Of a stretch of DNA of 64,000 bases, positions 49,233 through 59,188 are shown piece by piece. A program made the position numbers and the translations under genes. The stretch is from positions 22,762 to 86,761 of the forward strand of contig CAYNOU010000002.1 in NCBI GenBank assembly GCA_964398885.1. The letters are read 5' to 3'. The first letter of the stretch is position 1, and each line of letters starts with the position of its first letter. The notes under the pieces are model-generated. The model did no database searches. It saw nothing but the letters and a program-made list of their open reading frames with translations, and had not been told where the DNA came from. This DNA is from an uncultured Candidatus Cloacimonadota bacterium. Its GTDB lineage: Bacteria; Cloacimonadota; Cloacimonadia; JGIOTU-2.

Positions 49233-52175
49233 ATGAAAAAGGTATTTTTGTTAGTTTTTATACTATTCTTGTTTATTTTACCATTAACATTATTTTCAAT
49301 TGAAACTGGAAATATTGCAGGAAAAGTTTATATTCAAAAAACAGAAAAACCTCTTTTTCAGGCAAATGTTTATGTGGAAGATTTAAAAACAGGAATGCTA
49401 ACAAAGGAAGATGGTAGTTTCATAATGAAGAATATCCCAGTTGGTATTCATACTGTAACAGTAAGTTTTATGGGATATGAAAAGTTATCTGAAGAGGTTG
49501 AAGTAAAACCTAATTTGACGACAACTGTAATATTTTCATTAAGAATGAAACCTATAGGTATCGCAGGTATTACAGTTACTGCTACCCGTGCAATAAAAAG
49601 AGAAACTCCTATTGCCTTTACTGATATTGAGATGGCAGAGATTTCTGACAAATATACAACACAGGATATGCCGCAACTACTGGAAGATGTTCCGGGATTG
49701 TTCTCAAGTACAACAGGTATTGGAGATGCACAGATAACAATGCGTGGTTTTGAAGCTGATAAAATCCAGGTTCTCATAAATGGTATTCCAGTAAATGACC
49801 CAGAAAGTCAAAATGTATATTGGTCAAACTGGACAGGTCTTTCATCTAATGTAAAATCCGTTCAGGTGCAAAAAGGCTCAGGGTCTTCACTTTATGGTTC
49901 CGGAGCTTTCGGTGGTTCCTTAAATATAGAAACAATTGGATCTATCCCGAATAGAGAATTCACTTTTAGATCATCCTTTGGTGGATATTCCACAGAAGGT
50001 GATGTCGCTGATGGTAAAGGAGAGATTACAGATTATAATCCCATAAATTATAACGCACTTTTTCGATATAATTCCGGTAATCTTTATGGTGGAAAATTCA
50101 ATTATAATGTAATGTTGGAAAGAAAAGCTGGCGATTACTACCTTGCTGGCACAGACTATAATGGTTATTCTTTCGGATTAGAAACTCAAAACATAATTGG
50201 TCCGCATAAGATCAATCTTAGCTTCATTGGAGCCCCTCAATATCATAACCAGGTTTATTTCAAATCAGACAGAAATTTAATGGAAACTCTGGGTCGTGAG
50301 TATAACAGAAACAATCATGAATACCAGGAAAATTACTATTTCAAACCCCAGCTTTCACTCAGAGATGAATGGAAAATTTCTGATAAACAACTTCTGATGA
50401 CAAATGTTTTTGTAACAAAAGGAAATGGTGGAGGAAAATATCTCAGCCAGGATAATTTTGATGTGGAAACTGGAGATATCAGTTTCAAGGAAATTCATTC
50501 AGCAAACGAAGAAAACATTACTTTCGGCAGACATGCTCGGTATATTTATCAAATTACTGATTCAACTATTATATTTGATGGTTACAATCCTTCTGATTCG
50601 AATTATTATGGTTACCCAACTTATAACGGTAAGATAATCACCTCCGGGGCAGACTTTTTTTCATCACCGGATAGATACGATTACAGTTGGAGAAATAATA
50701 GCATAAGTGATCATTCCCAATTGGGATTGAACACATATTATCAACATGATATAAACCCTATGTTGAAACTGGTTGTTGGTGGAGAACTGCGAAGATGGGT
50801 TGCTGATCATTACAGAAAAACAGAGAACTTCAGACATTTTAATCCTGAATTTCCAGATAGTGTGGAAACTTATGATGAAATCCAAAGACAATATGATGAA
50901 ACATCTACTGTTACTAATCTATCAGGTTTTGCCCGTTTTAGCATAAAACCTATTAAAAACATAAATATCATGATTGATGGACAACTGGCAAGCTATAACT
51001 CAAAAGTAGAAGAAAATCCCATTGAAATTTATGATTTGGGAACTGGAGAACCTACCGGATATTATTTCTATTCAACCAAAGAAATTAAAGATGATGATGG
51101 AAATTTAAAATTTACGAAAGATGATTATAAGAAAACATATAACTTTTTCTCTCCGAAATTTGGTATAAACTATAATATTTCAAAATACTTTAATATAATG
51201 ACAAATTATTCAATTTCCTATAAAGAACCCAGAACAATGGAATGGTACAGTGGTTATGACGGACCCGATGGAAATCAGAGGTACACACAGAATCTCGTAG
51301 GTGAAGATGCTTCTGGTTATTATGAATATTCAGAAGAAACGTTTTATGGTGAACTGAAACCGGAGAAGATCAATACAATGGAATTTGGTGTTGGTTATGA
51401 TGGTATTATTTTTGATGTGAATGCTAATTATTATATTAGCGATTATATAGATAAGATTGAATATGTTGAAATTCCAATAACTAATTACTACTATGATGAG
51501 CAAAATGATTCAATATATACTGTCCAAAGGGATGAAAACCTTACATTAAATGCAGGTAAAGCACAGCACCAGGGTTTGGAATTAAGCACTTCAGTAAATT
51601 ATGCTGATTTCGATTTCTCTTCTTCATTAACATTGGCAAGGTTTCGTTGGACAAAGATGAATATAGAAGAGATTTTTGGCATCAGTGCAGAAGAAATGGA
51701 AGGAAAAGTTGTTCCTTTCTCTCCTGAGAAAATGGCAAATGGTTCTATTGGATATACCTTACAAGGGTTACCAATGGATGGAAGATTGCGTATTGGTTTC
51801 ACAGCTAAGTACTGGGATGACTATTATGCCAACTACACAAATGAATATGACTGCATTGAAGATTTAGATGGTGATTTTATTGCAGACACAACTTCAGTAA
51901 AAAGCACCAAGCTACCCCATTTCCTGGAATTTGGCAGCAACATCAAATATGCATTTAAGATTGGAAATAAAGATGCATTTATACGCCTGGATCTAAATAA
52001 TATTACTAATCGAAAGGATAACTATTCCTCAGCAAATGTAAATAAAGACTACAATCGTGGTTATTATAATGAAGAAGGTGAATTTGTAGATGATTACCTG
52101 ACTGATAACGATTATATGTATGTTACACCTGCCCCTTTGTTTAATATTTTTTTAACATTTGAAATTAAATTTTAA
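49233..52175 (+). CDS. TonB-dependent outer-membrane receptor with an N-terminal carboxypeptidase-regulatory-like domain.
   Basis: Signal peptide. CarboxypepD_reg-like segment (GKVYIQKTEKPL...NIPVGIHTVTVSFMGYE). Plug (ITVTATRAIKRETPIAFTDI). A 22-strand-size barrel ending with ...TFEIKF, an aromatic C-terminus. Confidence 0.8.
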   Translation: MKKVFLLVFILFLFILPLTLFSIETGNIAGKVYIQKTEKPLFQANVYVEDLKTGMLTKEDGSFIMKNIPVGIHTVTVSFMGYEKLSEEVEVKPNLTTTVIFSLRMKPIGIAGITVTATRAIKRETPIAFTDIEMAEISDKYTTQDMPQLLEDVPGLFSSTTGIGDAQITMRGFEADKIQVLINGIPVNDPESQNVYWSNWTGLSSNVKSVQVQKGSGSSLYGSGAFGGSLNIETIGSIPNREFTFRSSFGGYSTEGDVADGKGEITDYNPINYNALFRYNSGNLYGGKFNYNVMLERKAGDYYLAGTDYNGYSFGLETQNIIGPHKINLSFIGAPQYHNQVYFKSDRNLMETLGREYNRNNHEYQENYYFKPQLSLRDEWKISDKQLLMTNVFVTKGNGGGKYLSQDNFDVETGDISFKEIHSANEENITFGRHARYIYQITDSTIIFDGYNPSDSNYYGYPTYNGKIITSGADFFSSPDRYDYSWRNNSISDHSQLGLNTYYQHDINPMLKLVVGGELRRWVADHYRKTENFRHFNPEFPDSVETYDEIQRQYDETSTVTNLSGFARFSIKPIKNINIMIDGQLASYNSKVEENPIEIYDLGTGEPTGYYFYSTKEIKDDDGNLKFTKDDYKKTYNFFSPKFGINYNISKYFNIMTNYSISYKEPRTMEWYSGYDGPDGNQRYTQNLVGEDASGYYEYSEETFYGELKPEKINTMEFGVGYDGIIFDVNANYYISDYIDKIEYVEIPITNYYYDEQNDSIYTVQRDENLTLNAGKAQHQGLELSTSVNYADFDFSSSLTLARFRWTKMNIEEIFGISAEEMEGKVVPFSPEKMANGSIGYTLQGLPMDGRLRIGFTAKYWDDYYANYTNEYDCIEDLDGDFIADTTSVKSTKLPHFLEFGSNIKYAFKIGNKDAFIRLDLNNITNRKDNYSSANVNKDYNRGYYNEEGEFVDDYLTDNDYMYVTPAPLFNIFLTFEIKF

Positions 52176-52267
52176 GTAAAATGGGTGTGTATTAAATTTA
52201 AATAAAAATCTTTAAAAGTTCCTTATGACCACCCCATAGATTAAGAAATTAAGTAATACTTCCTTAA

Positions 52268-52300
52268 AACAAAAAAGCCCCGAGATAGTTCGGGGCTAAT
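52268..52300. terminator. Bidirectional intrinsic terminator between convergent genes.
   Basis: aaaaaagccccgagatagttcggggct. It is an 8-bp GC stem with an A-run on plus and a T-run on minus (agccccgaactatctcggggcttttttg). Confidence 0.65.
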
Positions 52301-52312
52301 TAAGTTATATAA

Positions 52313-53302
52313 CTACTTCATTAAAATCATTTTCTTGGCAGAATGATATTGTCCTGTGTTAATTAGGTAGTAATAAATGCCACTTGAAACAGAGTTTCCA
52401 TTCTCATCAGAGCCATCCCAAATAACAGTATATTCTTTTGCACTACAATTTCTATCTAAAAGTGTCCTGATTTTTTGACCACTTACATTATAAACAGCAA
52501 TAGTAACATGAGATGGTTTTTTTAGAGTGAAAGCAATTTTTGTTTCTGAATAGAATGGATTCGGAAAGTTTGCTTGAAATACCGTATTAGCATTAATAGC
52601 ATTATCATCAACTGAACCAGGTTCTATTAAGTCATCTGGAGTTCTGGGATTCAATCCATATTCATCATAGCTATAATCAACACAACCTCTTATTATTTCC
52701 CATACCATACCCACAGTAATTACAATAGGTGGAACAACCTCGTCTAAATAAAAGAATCCATCATCAATTTGAGCAATTCCAGTACCATCATGAACTAACC
52801 ATTGTCCATATAAGTCTGGTTCTTGGATAACAGTTACATCATTCAACTCAACCAAAACACCTTCATAGGGTTCTCCAACACCCTCTGGGGCAAGGTCAGC
52901 ACAAGTGATAGAAGTTGCATCAGGAATAGGATTACCTGAACTCAATAAGGTTATAGTAATGGGGTCACTATAACCAGAAATTTCAGTCATTCCATAATAT
53001 TCATCTACAGTTCCTGTTACTTCTATTTCATCACCAGGAACGAGTGTTGTATCACCTGCCATATAAACAAGGATACCTTTCCAAGCACCACCTTCTGGCA
53101 TTGAAATAAAAAAGTTATCCTTATAATGTGCCCATTCTATAGCAGTAACAATTCCTGAAACTGTAACTACCAGTCCATCATAAGTTGAAGGATATGTATT
53201 ATCACTACCAGGTTCAGTTGTGTATTGAACCTTATAAATCGTTAAGGCAGAAAGACTTCCGACAAATAAGAATAAAACCAAAGCCATAACACACTTTTTC
53301 AT
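52313..53302 (-). CDS. Secreted protein with a T9SS (Por) C-terminal sorting domain.
   Basis: Signal peptide MKKCVMALVLFLFVGSLSA. The C-terminus FPNPFYSETKIAF...GIYYYLINTGQYHSAKKMILMK matches the T9SS C-terminal sorting-domain consensus. Confidence 0.6.
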   Translation of the reverse strand: MKKCVMALVLFLFVGSLSALTIYKVQYTTEPGSDNTYPSTYDGLVVTVSGIVTAIEWAHYKDNFFISMPEGGAWKGILVYMAGDTTLVPGDEIEVTGTVDEYYGMTEISGYSDPITITLLSSGNPIPDATSITCADLAPEGVGEPYEGVLVELNDVTVIQEPDLYGQWLVHDGTGIAQIDDGFFYLDEVVPPIVITVGMVWEIIRGCVDYSYDEYGLNPRTPDDLIEPGSVDDNAINANTVFQANFPNPFYSETKIAFTLKKPSHVTIAVYNVSGQKIRTLLDRNCSAKEYTVIWDGSDENGNSVSSGIYYYLINTGQYHSAKKMILMK

Positions 53303-53424
53303 AAATACCTCCGTTTTTTATTTAATTCAATTTACATTTTTTGTAAAAGAGATGTCAAGCACTTTCTGTTATATACATATTTTTTCTTGGTGAAATGCAC
53401 CCACCAATAAATATAAAAATTAAC

Positions 53425-53467
53425 CAAAACCTACCTCCCTTGAATTTGGTTAAGGGAGGTTTTTATA
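53425..53467. terminator. Intrinsic terminator hairpin downstream of the minus-strand gene 53545..54597.
   Basis: acctcccttgaatttggttaagggaggt followed by tttttat. On the minus strand the same stem is followed by aggttttgg. Confidence 0.5.
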
Positions 53468-53544
53468 TTAACGAAATATTATTAATTATATTGTTGAATA
53501 AATTTTATATTATTACTAAATATATAATTTCAATTTTGGTGAGC

Positions 53545-54597
53545 TTATCTCATAATCACCATTTTCTTAACTTGAGAATTTTCTACACCACCGAGTTTAT
53601 AAAAATAAATTCCATTCTGAACTGGTATTCCATTATCATCCAGTCCATTCCAACCAACTGAACCAGAGTCGTTTTCTATCAGTAAGTTGCTGAATCCTTT
53701 AACCTTTTGTCCTTTAACATTATAAATTACAATATCTGCTTTTTGGGCCTGTTTTCTATTTAATCTATAGGAAATCACTGTAGTTGAATTAAATGGGTTT
53801 GGATAGTTTTGAATTAGTTTATATTCAGTTGAACTGATTGAGGTTTCATCAACATCTACAAAGGGTTGAGTAAGATATGAAAGATAAGAAGACATCAGAG
53901 TTGCTTTTGTATTGGGTCTGGCACCATCAATCATTGCTCCCAGAAGTGATGATGTAAAAATTGTATGATATTGACCTTCTCCGTCATAACAAACTCCACG
54001 ACCTTTTTCGTCCTGAGAAATGAAAAAGAGTGTACCTTTATCAGCCCCAATCTCATCAACTGAATAATCGGAGTCAGAACCATATTGATAATTAAACTCG
54101 TAGTCTTCTGCAAATGTTCCATCTACCCCAAACAAACTCTGAACATTATAAGCATAACCATCACCATCGTAATTACAACCGAAATAGCTAAAAAGGTCAG
54201 TAAAATAATGATCAGAAGCAAAGTCTACGCCCTCAACATAAACAGCTTTACCAGAATTCAAAAAATCAACAAGCCTTTGTTGCTCGACCGAGCCAATTAC
54301 TCCAGGAGGAGTAGAACCTCACCCCAAACACCAATGACCAAGTGTAACAAATATCAGGTCGTAATTTGATAGGTCTGAAGGTAAGTAAGAAAAAGTGGCA
54401 TAACTTTCACCATTAGTCATCAAAGCCTGTTGTAAAGCATATTGACAACCAACATATCCTGCTCCTTCTGGATCATTTATATAAGAACCATTATCGTTAT
54501 CCCAAATTAAAATTTCTAGTCCTATGACAATTTGAGGTATAATAAATAACATTATTACGAAACACAAAATTATTGAATATTGTTTAATAATTTTCAT
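53545..54597 (-). pseudogene. T9SS-sorted secreted protein interrupted by a single in-frame TGA (54319-54321). It is either a pseudogene or sequencing error, or a selenocysteine codon in a CLG-U context.
   Basis: The 92-aa ORF has a signal peptide and the 238-aa ORF has the T9SS C-terminal sorting domain. They are in the same frame and separated only by TGA: ...GHWCLG*GSTPPGVIG... It is adjacent to the sel operon. Confidence 0.5.
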
Positions 54598-54857
54598 GAT
54601 ACACCTCTTTTTGATTTTAATATCAAAATAAAAAACAAATTAATAAAATAATTGTCAAGAAAAATCTAACGATAAGCTTTCTAATAAAAAAATTTAACCC
54701 CAAATTTCGCGGAGTAGACACAAATTCACCCTGTTAGATGTTTACTATCTAACGGGGGAACCACAAAGATAATAAGTAACTCAGTGAATTCTGTCACGCA
54801 ATGTAGGGATTCTCTATGGTTAATTTCGGTTTATAGCTCTATAAATTTACTATCACT

Positions 54858-57056
54858 TTATTTAACAAAAATTTTTCCAGTGCCTTTGGAAATTACTTTT
54901 CCAATTTTTGAAAATCCTTGAATTCCCTTTTTCTGAAATTTGTCTATTAATTCTATACATTCATCTTCTGGAATAGAAACTAACAAACCACCAGAAGTTT
55001 GTGCATCGGATAAAAGAACTTTCTGAACATAAGAAATGGAAGAACTCCATTCTACAATTGGCTCAACAAATTTCAAATTGGATAAAGTCCCTCCAGGAAT
55101 GACATTTCCAGCTGCAAATTCAACTGCGCCATTAAGGAGTTTTACCTTGTCAGCAAATACTTCAACATTCACATCACTCGCTTTAGTCATTTCAGATAAA
55201 TGCCCCAATAAACCAAAACCCGTCACATCTGTGCATCCATGAACTGTAAAATCATTTAATATTTGAGATGTGTAATTATTCAAAGTTTCCATTGTCTCAA
55301 CTAATTCTGTTTTTTGACTTTCAGAAAGTAATCCTCTTTTTAAAGCAGTTGATAATATTCCTGTTCCAATTGGTTTTGTAAGAAGAATTACATCACCAAG
55401 TAGCATACCTACATTTTTCCAAATTTTTTCTGGATGAACAAGACCAACTACAACCATACCATATTTCGGTTCTGTATCTTCAATAGAATGTCCACCAATA
55501 ACAGTTATTCCCGCCTCTTTAGCTTTCTCATTTGCACCTTGTAAAATCTTCTCTAACACACTCATAGGTAACCGATTCGTAGGAAATCCAACTATATTCA
55601 ATCCAAATAATGGTTTTGCACCCATTGCATAAATGTCACTTAAGGCATTTGCTGTAGCTATCATTCCAAAATCAAAAGGATTATCTACAATAGGAGTAAA
55701 GAAATCCACAGTAACAACAACCGCAGTATTATCATCAATTTTATAAACAGCAGCATCATCAGCAGTATTTGTACTTACTAAAATATTAGTATCAACTGGA
55801 ATCGGCAATTTTTGTAATATTGTTTCCAATATCTGTGGTTCAATCTTACAAGCACATCCCATTCCGTGAGTAAAATGAGTTAATTTGATTTCTTCTCTCA
55901 TATCAATTATAATATGATCTTTCTTTGCTTGAAATTTTTGCACAGTTTTAATAATAATTTCTGCTGCTTGCTCAATTTCTTCTTCAGTTGTAAATTTACC
56001 CGTAGAAAATCGAATAGTTCCCATTGAATAATCGATAGGCACATTCATAGCTTGCAAAACAGCCGAAACATCTATCCTGTCAGAATGGCACGCAGCACCA
56101 GCAGAAGCTGCAACTCCACTCATTTCAGAAAGAATAGTGTTCGCTTCGATTTTATAAAATCCTAAACTTAAAGTATTAGGCAAACCTTTTTCTGGATGCC
56201 CATTCAAACGAAAATCAAGATTTGATTCAGTGAGCTTTTCATGTAACAGGTCCCTCATCTTCTTCATATGTTTACAATTTTTATCCAGATCATTACCTGC
56301 AATTTCGCATGCTTTACCTAAGCCAACAATTTCCAATACATTTTCTGTCCCGGGACGCAAATTCTGCTCCTGATTTGCTCCATGTATTAGTTTCTGCAAT
56401 CTTGTTCCTCTTTTTATATAAAGAGCACCAACACCTTTGGGTGCATATAATTTATGACCTGCAATTGAAAGGAGATCTACTCCTAATTCTTTTACATCCA
56501 CTTTAATTTTGCCCATAGATTGAGCTGCATCTGTATGGAAGTAAACATTGTATTTTTTTGCAACTTTTGATATGTCTTCAATTGGCTGAATCGTTCCAAC
56601 CTCATTATTTGCATGCATAATTGTAATCAAAATAGTTTGAGGAGTAATAGCTTTTTCAACATCATCTGGGTTAACCAAACCATATTCATCTACAGGTAGA
56701 TATGAAATATTGAGTCCCTGTGATTCTAAATATTCACAAACTTCTATTACTGAAGGATGCTCAATTGAAGAGGTTATAATATGATTTCCCCTATCTTTAT
56801 GAGACAATGCAATCCCTTTGATTGCAAAATTATTGGATTCAGAACCACCACTTGTAAAGATAATCTCATCAGAATGAGCATTAATCATATTTGCAACTTG
56901 TTTGCGTGCATTTTCAACAGCTTTTTTTGTTTGAATTCCATACCAGTGCATACTTGAAGGATTACCAAAATGATTATCTAAAAAAGGTCTCATAGCTTGT
57001 GCTACTTCAGGTGCAATTGGAGTTGTTGCATTATAATCTAAATATATTGGTTTCAT
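54858..57056 (-). CDS. selD: Fusion protein: NifS-like cysteine desulfurase / selenocysteine lyase (N-terminal) fused to selenide, water dikinase SelD (C-terminal).
   Basis: N-terminal half: LDYNATTP...SSMHWYG...FTSGGSESNN, a class V aminotransferase. C-terminal half: THGMGCACKIEP (the SelD GCxCK motif, Cys-type), then a PurM-like fold. 732 aa. Confidence 0.8.
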   Translation of the reverse strand: MKPIYLDYNATTPIAPEVAQAMRPFLDNHFGNPSSMHWYGIQTKKAVENARKQVANMINAHSDEIIFTSGGSESNNFAIKGIALSHKDRGNHIITSSIEHPSVIEVCEYLESQGLNISYLPVDEYGLVNPDDVEKAITPQTILITIMHANNEVGTIQPIEDISKVAKKYNVYFHTDAAQSMGKIKVDVKELGVDLLSIAGHKLYAPKGVGALYIKRGTRLQKLIHGANQEQNLRPGTENVLEIVGLGKACEIAGNDLDKNCKHMKKMRDLLHEKLTESNLDFRLNGHPEKGLPNTLSLGFYKIEANTILSEMSGVAASAGAACHSDRIDVSAVLQAMNVPIDYSMGTIRFSTGKFTTEEEIEQAAEIIIKTVQKFQAKKDHIIIDMREEIKLTHFTHGMGCACKIEPQILETILQKLPIPVDTNILVSTNTADDAAVYKIDDNTAVVVTVDFFTPIVDNPFDFGMIATANALSDIYAMGAKPLFGLNIVGFPTNRLPMSVLEKILQGANEKAKEAGITVIGGHSIEDTEPKYGMVVVGLVHPEKIWKNVGMLLGDVILLTKPIGTGILSTALKRGLLSESQKTELVETMETLNNYTSQILNDFTVHGCTDVTGFGLLGHLSEMTKASDVNVEVFADKVKLLNGAVEFAAGNVIPGGTLSNLKFVEPIVEWSSSISYVQKVLLSDAQTSGGLLVSIPEDECIELIDKFQKKGIQGFSKIGKVISKGTGKIFVK

Positions 57057-57058
57057 AA

Positions 57059-59002
57059 CTATCTTCCAATTTCTTTATACCCTTTTTCAGTAATAACTCT
57101 ATAATCCCCTTTTCGGATGGTAATACCTTCGCTATCAAATTGGGTAAGCATCAAAAGACATATTTTACGATTCCCTTCAATCAAATCGCGGAACTCAGAA
57201 ATTTTTATACCCTGAGGATTATCATTAAGATATTTTAATAGTTTTTCTCTTGCGCCATTAATAACAGAGGAATGAATAAAATTCCCATCAATATTACACA
57301 ACTTCCCTTTATTTATTAGCAATCCAATAATTTGTTTTATCTTCTTATCATTATAACCTTTTTTCTCAGCAATGGAGCATAAATCAGATAAGAGTGGGGT
57401 TTTCATCCCTGAATTTTTAAAGTAATTTTCCACAAATGCTATTTGCTTCTCATCATCTTTAGATATATTTAATTTATGGGTTTTCAAAGCCCATGTATTT
57501 TGGATTTGTTTTATTTTTCCTTCATCTTCAAGCTTTTTCATAATAATTTGAATCCATTTGTCATTTGATGAATCGTTTTTCATTCCAAACAAACCGACTA
57601 ATTCCTTAAAAGTTTTTCCCGTTTCTAAAAACGGATTTTTTTTATGATATTCTTTCAGATTTTCAAGAATCCTTTTTTCAGTTCTGCTTTTCTCTTCTTT
57701 TTTAAAAAGAAATATATTCTTATCTGATGATAGAATAGAAATATCTTCAGGTATAGACTTAAAAATTATCTCTCTAATTTTTTCTTCTGGTAAATTCAGT
57801 TTTTTTGCAATATATTCATAATTTAACGGATACAAACTTTTTCTAACTTCTGTAGCAATTAATTCAGATATATCACCAGAAGCAATTTTATAGAGCTTGT
57901 TAATTACATTTTCATTTCTTCTACGATGATGAAGTGGATGTGCATCAAGCACAATTCCCCCACCAAGAGTTAATTCGGACGAGGTATTTCGTAGAACAAA
58001 TTTATCACCGTAAAAAGCAATACAAGGAGAATCAAGATGTATCTGAACAATACCACTTTGTCTCGGTTTCAAAATTTCTTTATCAATAAGATGTATTTTT
58101 GCTTGTGCCTGCAATGTACCCAAAAGAAATATTGCTTGTGACCATCTGCCAAAACTGCTATTGTGATTAAACAAAGTAATTTTTGCATCAATCATATCTG
58201 TTGTCTGTAAAGGCATATTAGAGATAAGCATTCCTCTTGAAAAATTTTCTTTATTCAATCCTATCAGATTCAAAGAAGCTCTATCTCCAGCAGTTATTTC
58301 CTCAACCTGGGTTCCATGACGCTCCATTCTACGAATTCTCAACTTTTTTGCATTAGGCAGAAGATAAACTTTTTCATTATCTCTTAACTTACCACTAATA
58401 ACAGAGCCGTTTACAACGGTTCCAAAGCCTTTTACTGTAAATATCCTATCAATATACATTCTAAAAACATCACCAGTTGGTCGTTGTGGAATTTCTTCAC
58501 TAATTTTTACTAAAAGCTGCTTTAATTCCTCAATACCATATCCTGTTTTTGATGAAACTTTTATAATTGGAAATTCTTCAAGAAAAGTTCCTTTTATAAA
58601 ATCAGCAACTTCTTGTTCTACAATTTTGAGAAGCTCTTCATCTACAAGGTCAATCTTTGTTAAAGCTACAAATCCTTTTTTTATCCCAAGAATCTTCATA
58701 ACATTAAGATGCTCAACTGTTTGTGGCATAATTCCACTATCTGCAGCAATAACGAGCATAACAAAATCAATTCCGCTTGCTCCTGCAACCATAGTATTCA
58801 CAAAATCTTTATGACCAGGAACATCTATTATTCCAATACTCTGTCCATTTGGTAGCTCAATATGTGCGAAACCAAGATTAATGGTTATTCCTCTAATCTT
58901 TTCTTCTTTGTGAGTATCACATTCAATATTTGTTAAAGCTTTTATTAAAGCAGTTTTCCCATGGTCAATATGGCCTGCTGTTCCCATTATTAAATGTTTC
59001 AT
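57059..59002 (-). CDS. selB: Selenocysteine-specific translation elongation factor SelB.
   Basis: N-terminal G-domain MGTAGHIDHGKTALIKALT...DVPGHKDF...TKIDL. 647 aa with a C-terminal winged-helix extension. It lies between selA and selD. Confidence 0.85.
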   Translation of the reverse strand: MKHLIMGTAGHIDHGKTALIKALTNIECDTHKEEKIRGITINLGFAHIELPNGQSIGIIDVPGHKDFVNTMVAGASGIDFVMLVIAADSGIMPQTVEHLNVMKILGIKKGFVALTKIDLVDEELLKIVEQEVADFIKGTFLEEFPIIKVSSKTGYGIEELKQLLVKISEEIPQRPTGDVFRMYIDRIFTVKGFGTVVNGSVISGKLRDNEKVYLLPNAKKLRIRRMERHGTQVEEITAGDRASLNLIGLNKENFSRGMLISNMPLQTTDMIDAKITLFNHNSSFGRWSQAIFLLGTLQAQAKIHLIDKEILKPRQSGIVQIHLDSPCIAFYGDKFVLRNTSSELTLGGGIVLDAHPLHHRRRNENVINKLYKIASGDISELIATEVRKSLYPLNYEYIAKKLNLPEEKIREIIFKSIPEDISILSSDKNIFLFKKEEKSRTEKRILENLKEYHKKNPFLETGKTFKELVGLFGMKNDSSNDKWIQIIMKKLEDEGKIKQIQNTWALKTHKLNISKDDEKQIAFVENYFKNSGMKTPLLSDLCSIAEKKGYNDKKIKQIIGLLINKGKLCNIDGNFIHSSVINGAREKLLKYLNDNPQGIKISEFRDLIEGNRKICLLMLTQFDSEGITIRKGDYRVITEKGYKEIGR

Positions 59003-59188
59003 AATTTTTTACCGCGAATGTACGCTAATTTAAGCGAATATTTTTTCTTTGCCACGAATTTACCCCATGAAATCCTTCAAAGAAGGAATCCCAACACACC
59101 CGTTCTCCGTAGTCCCGATAAATCGGGACGAAGGATGAATCGGGATTATTTCACAGGGCAAGCACGAACTGGCACGAACATTTATGTA

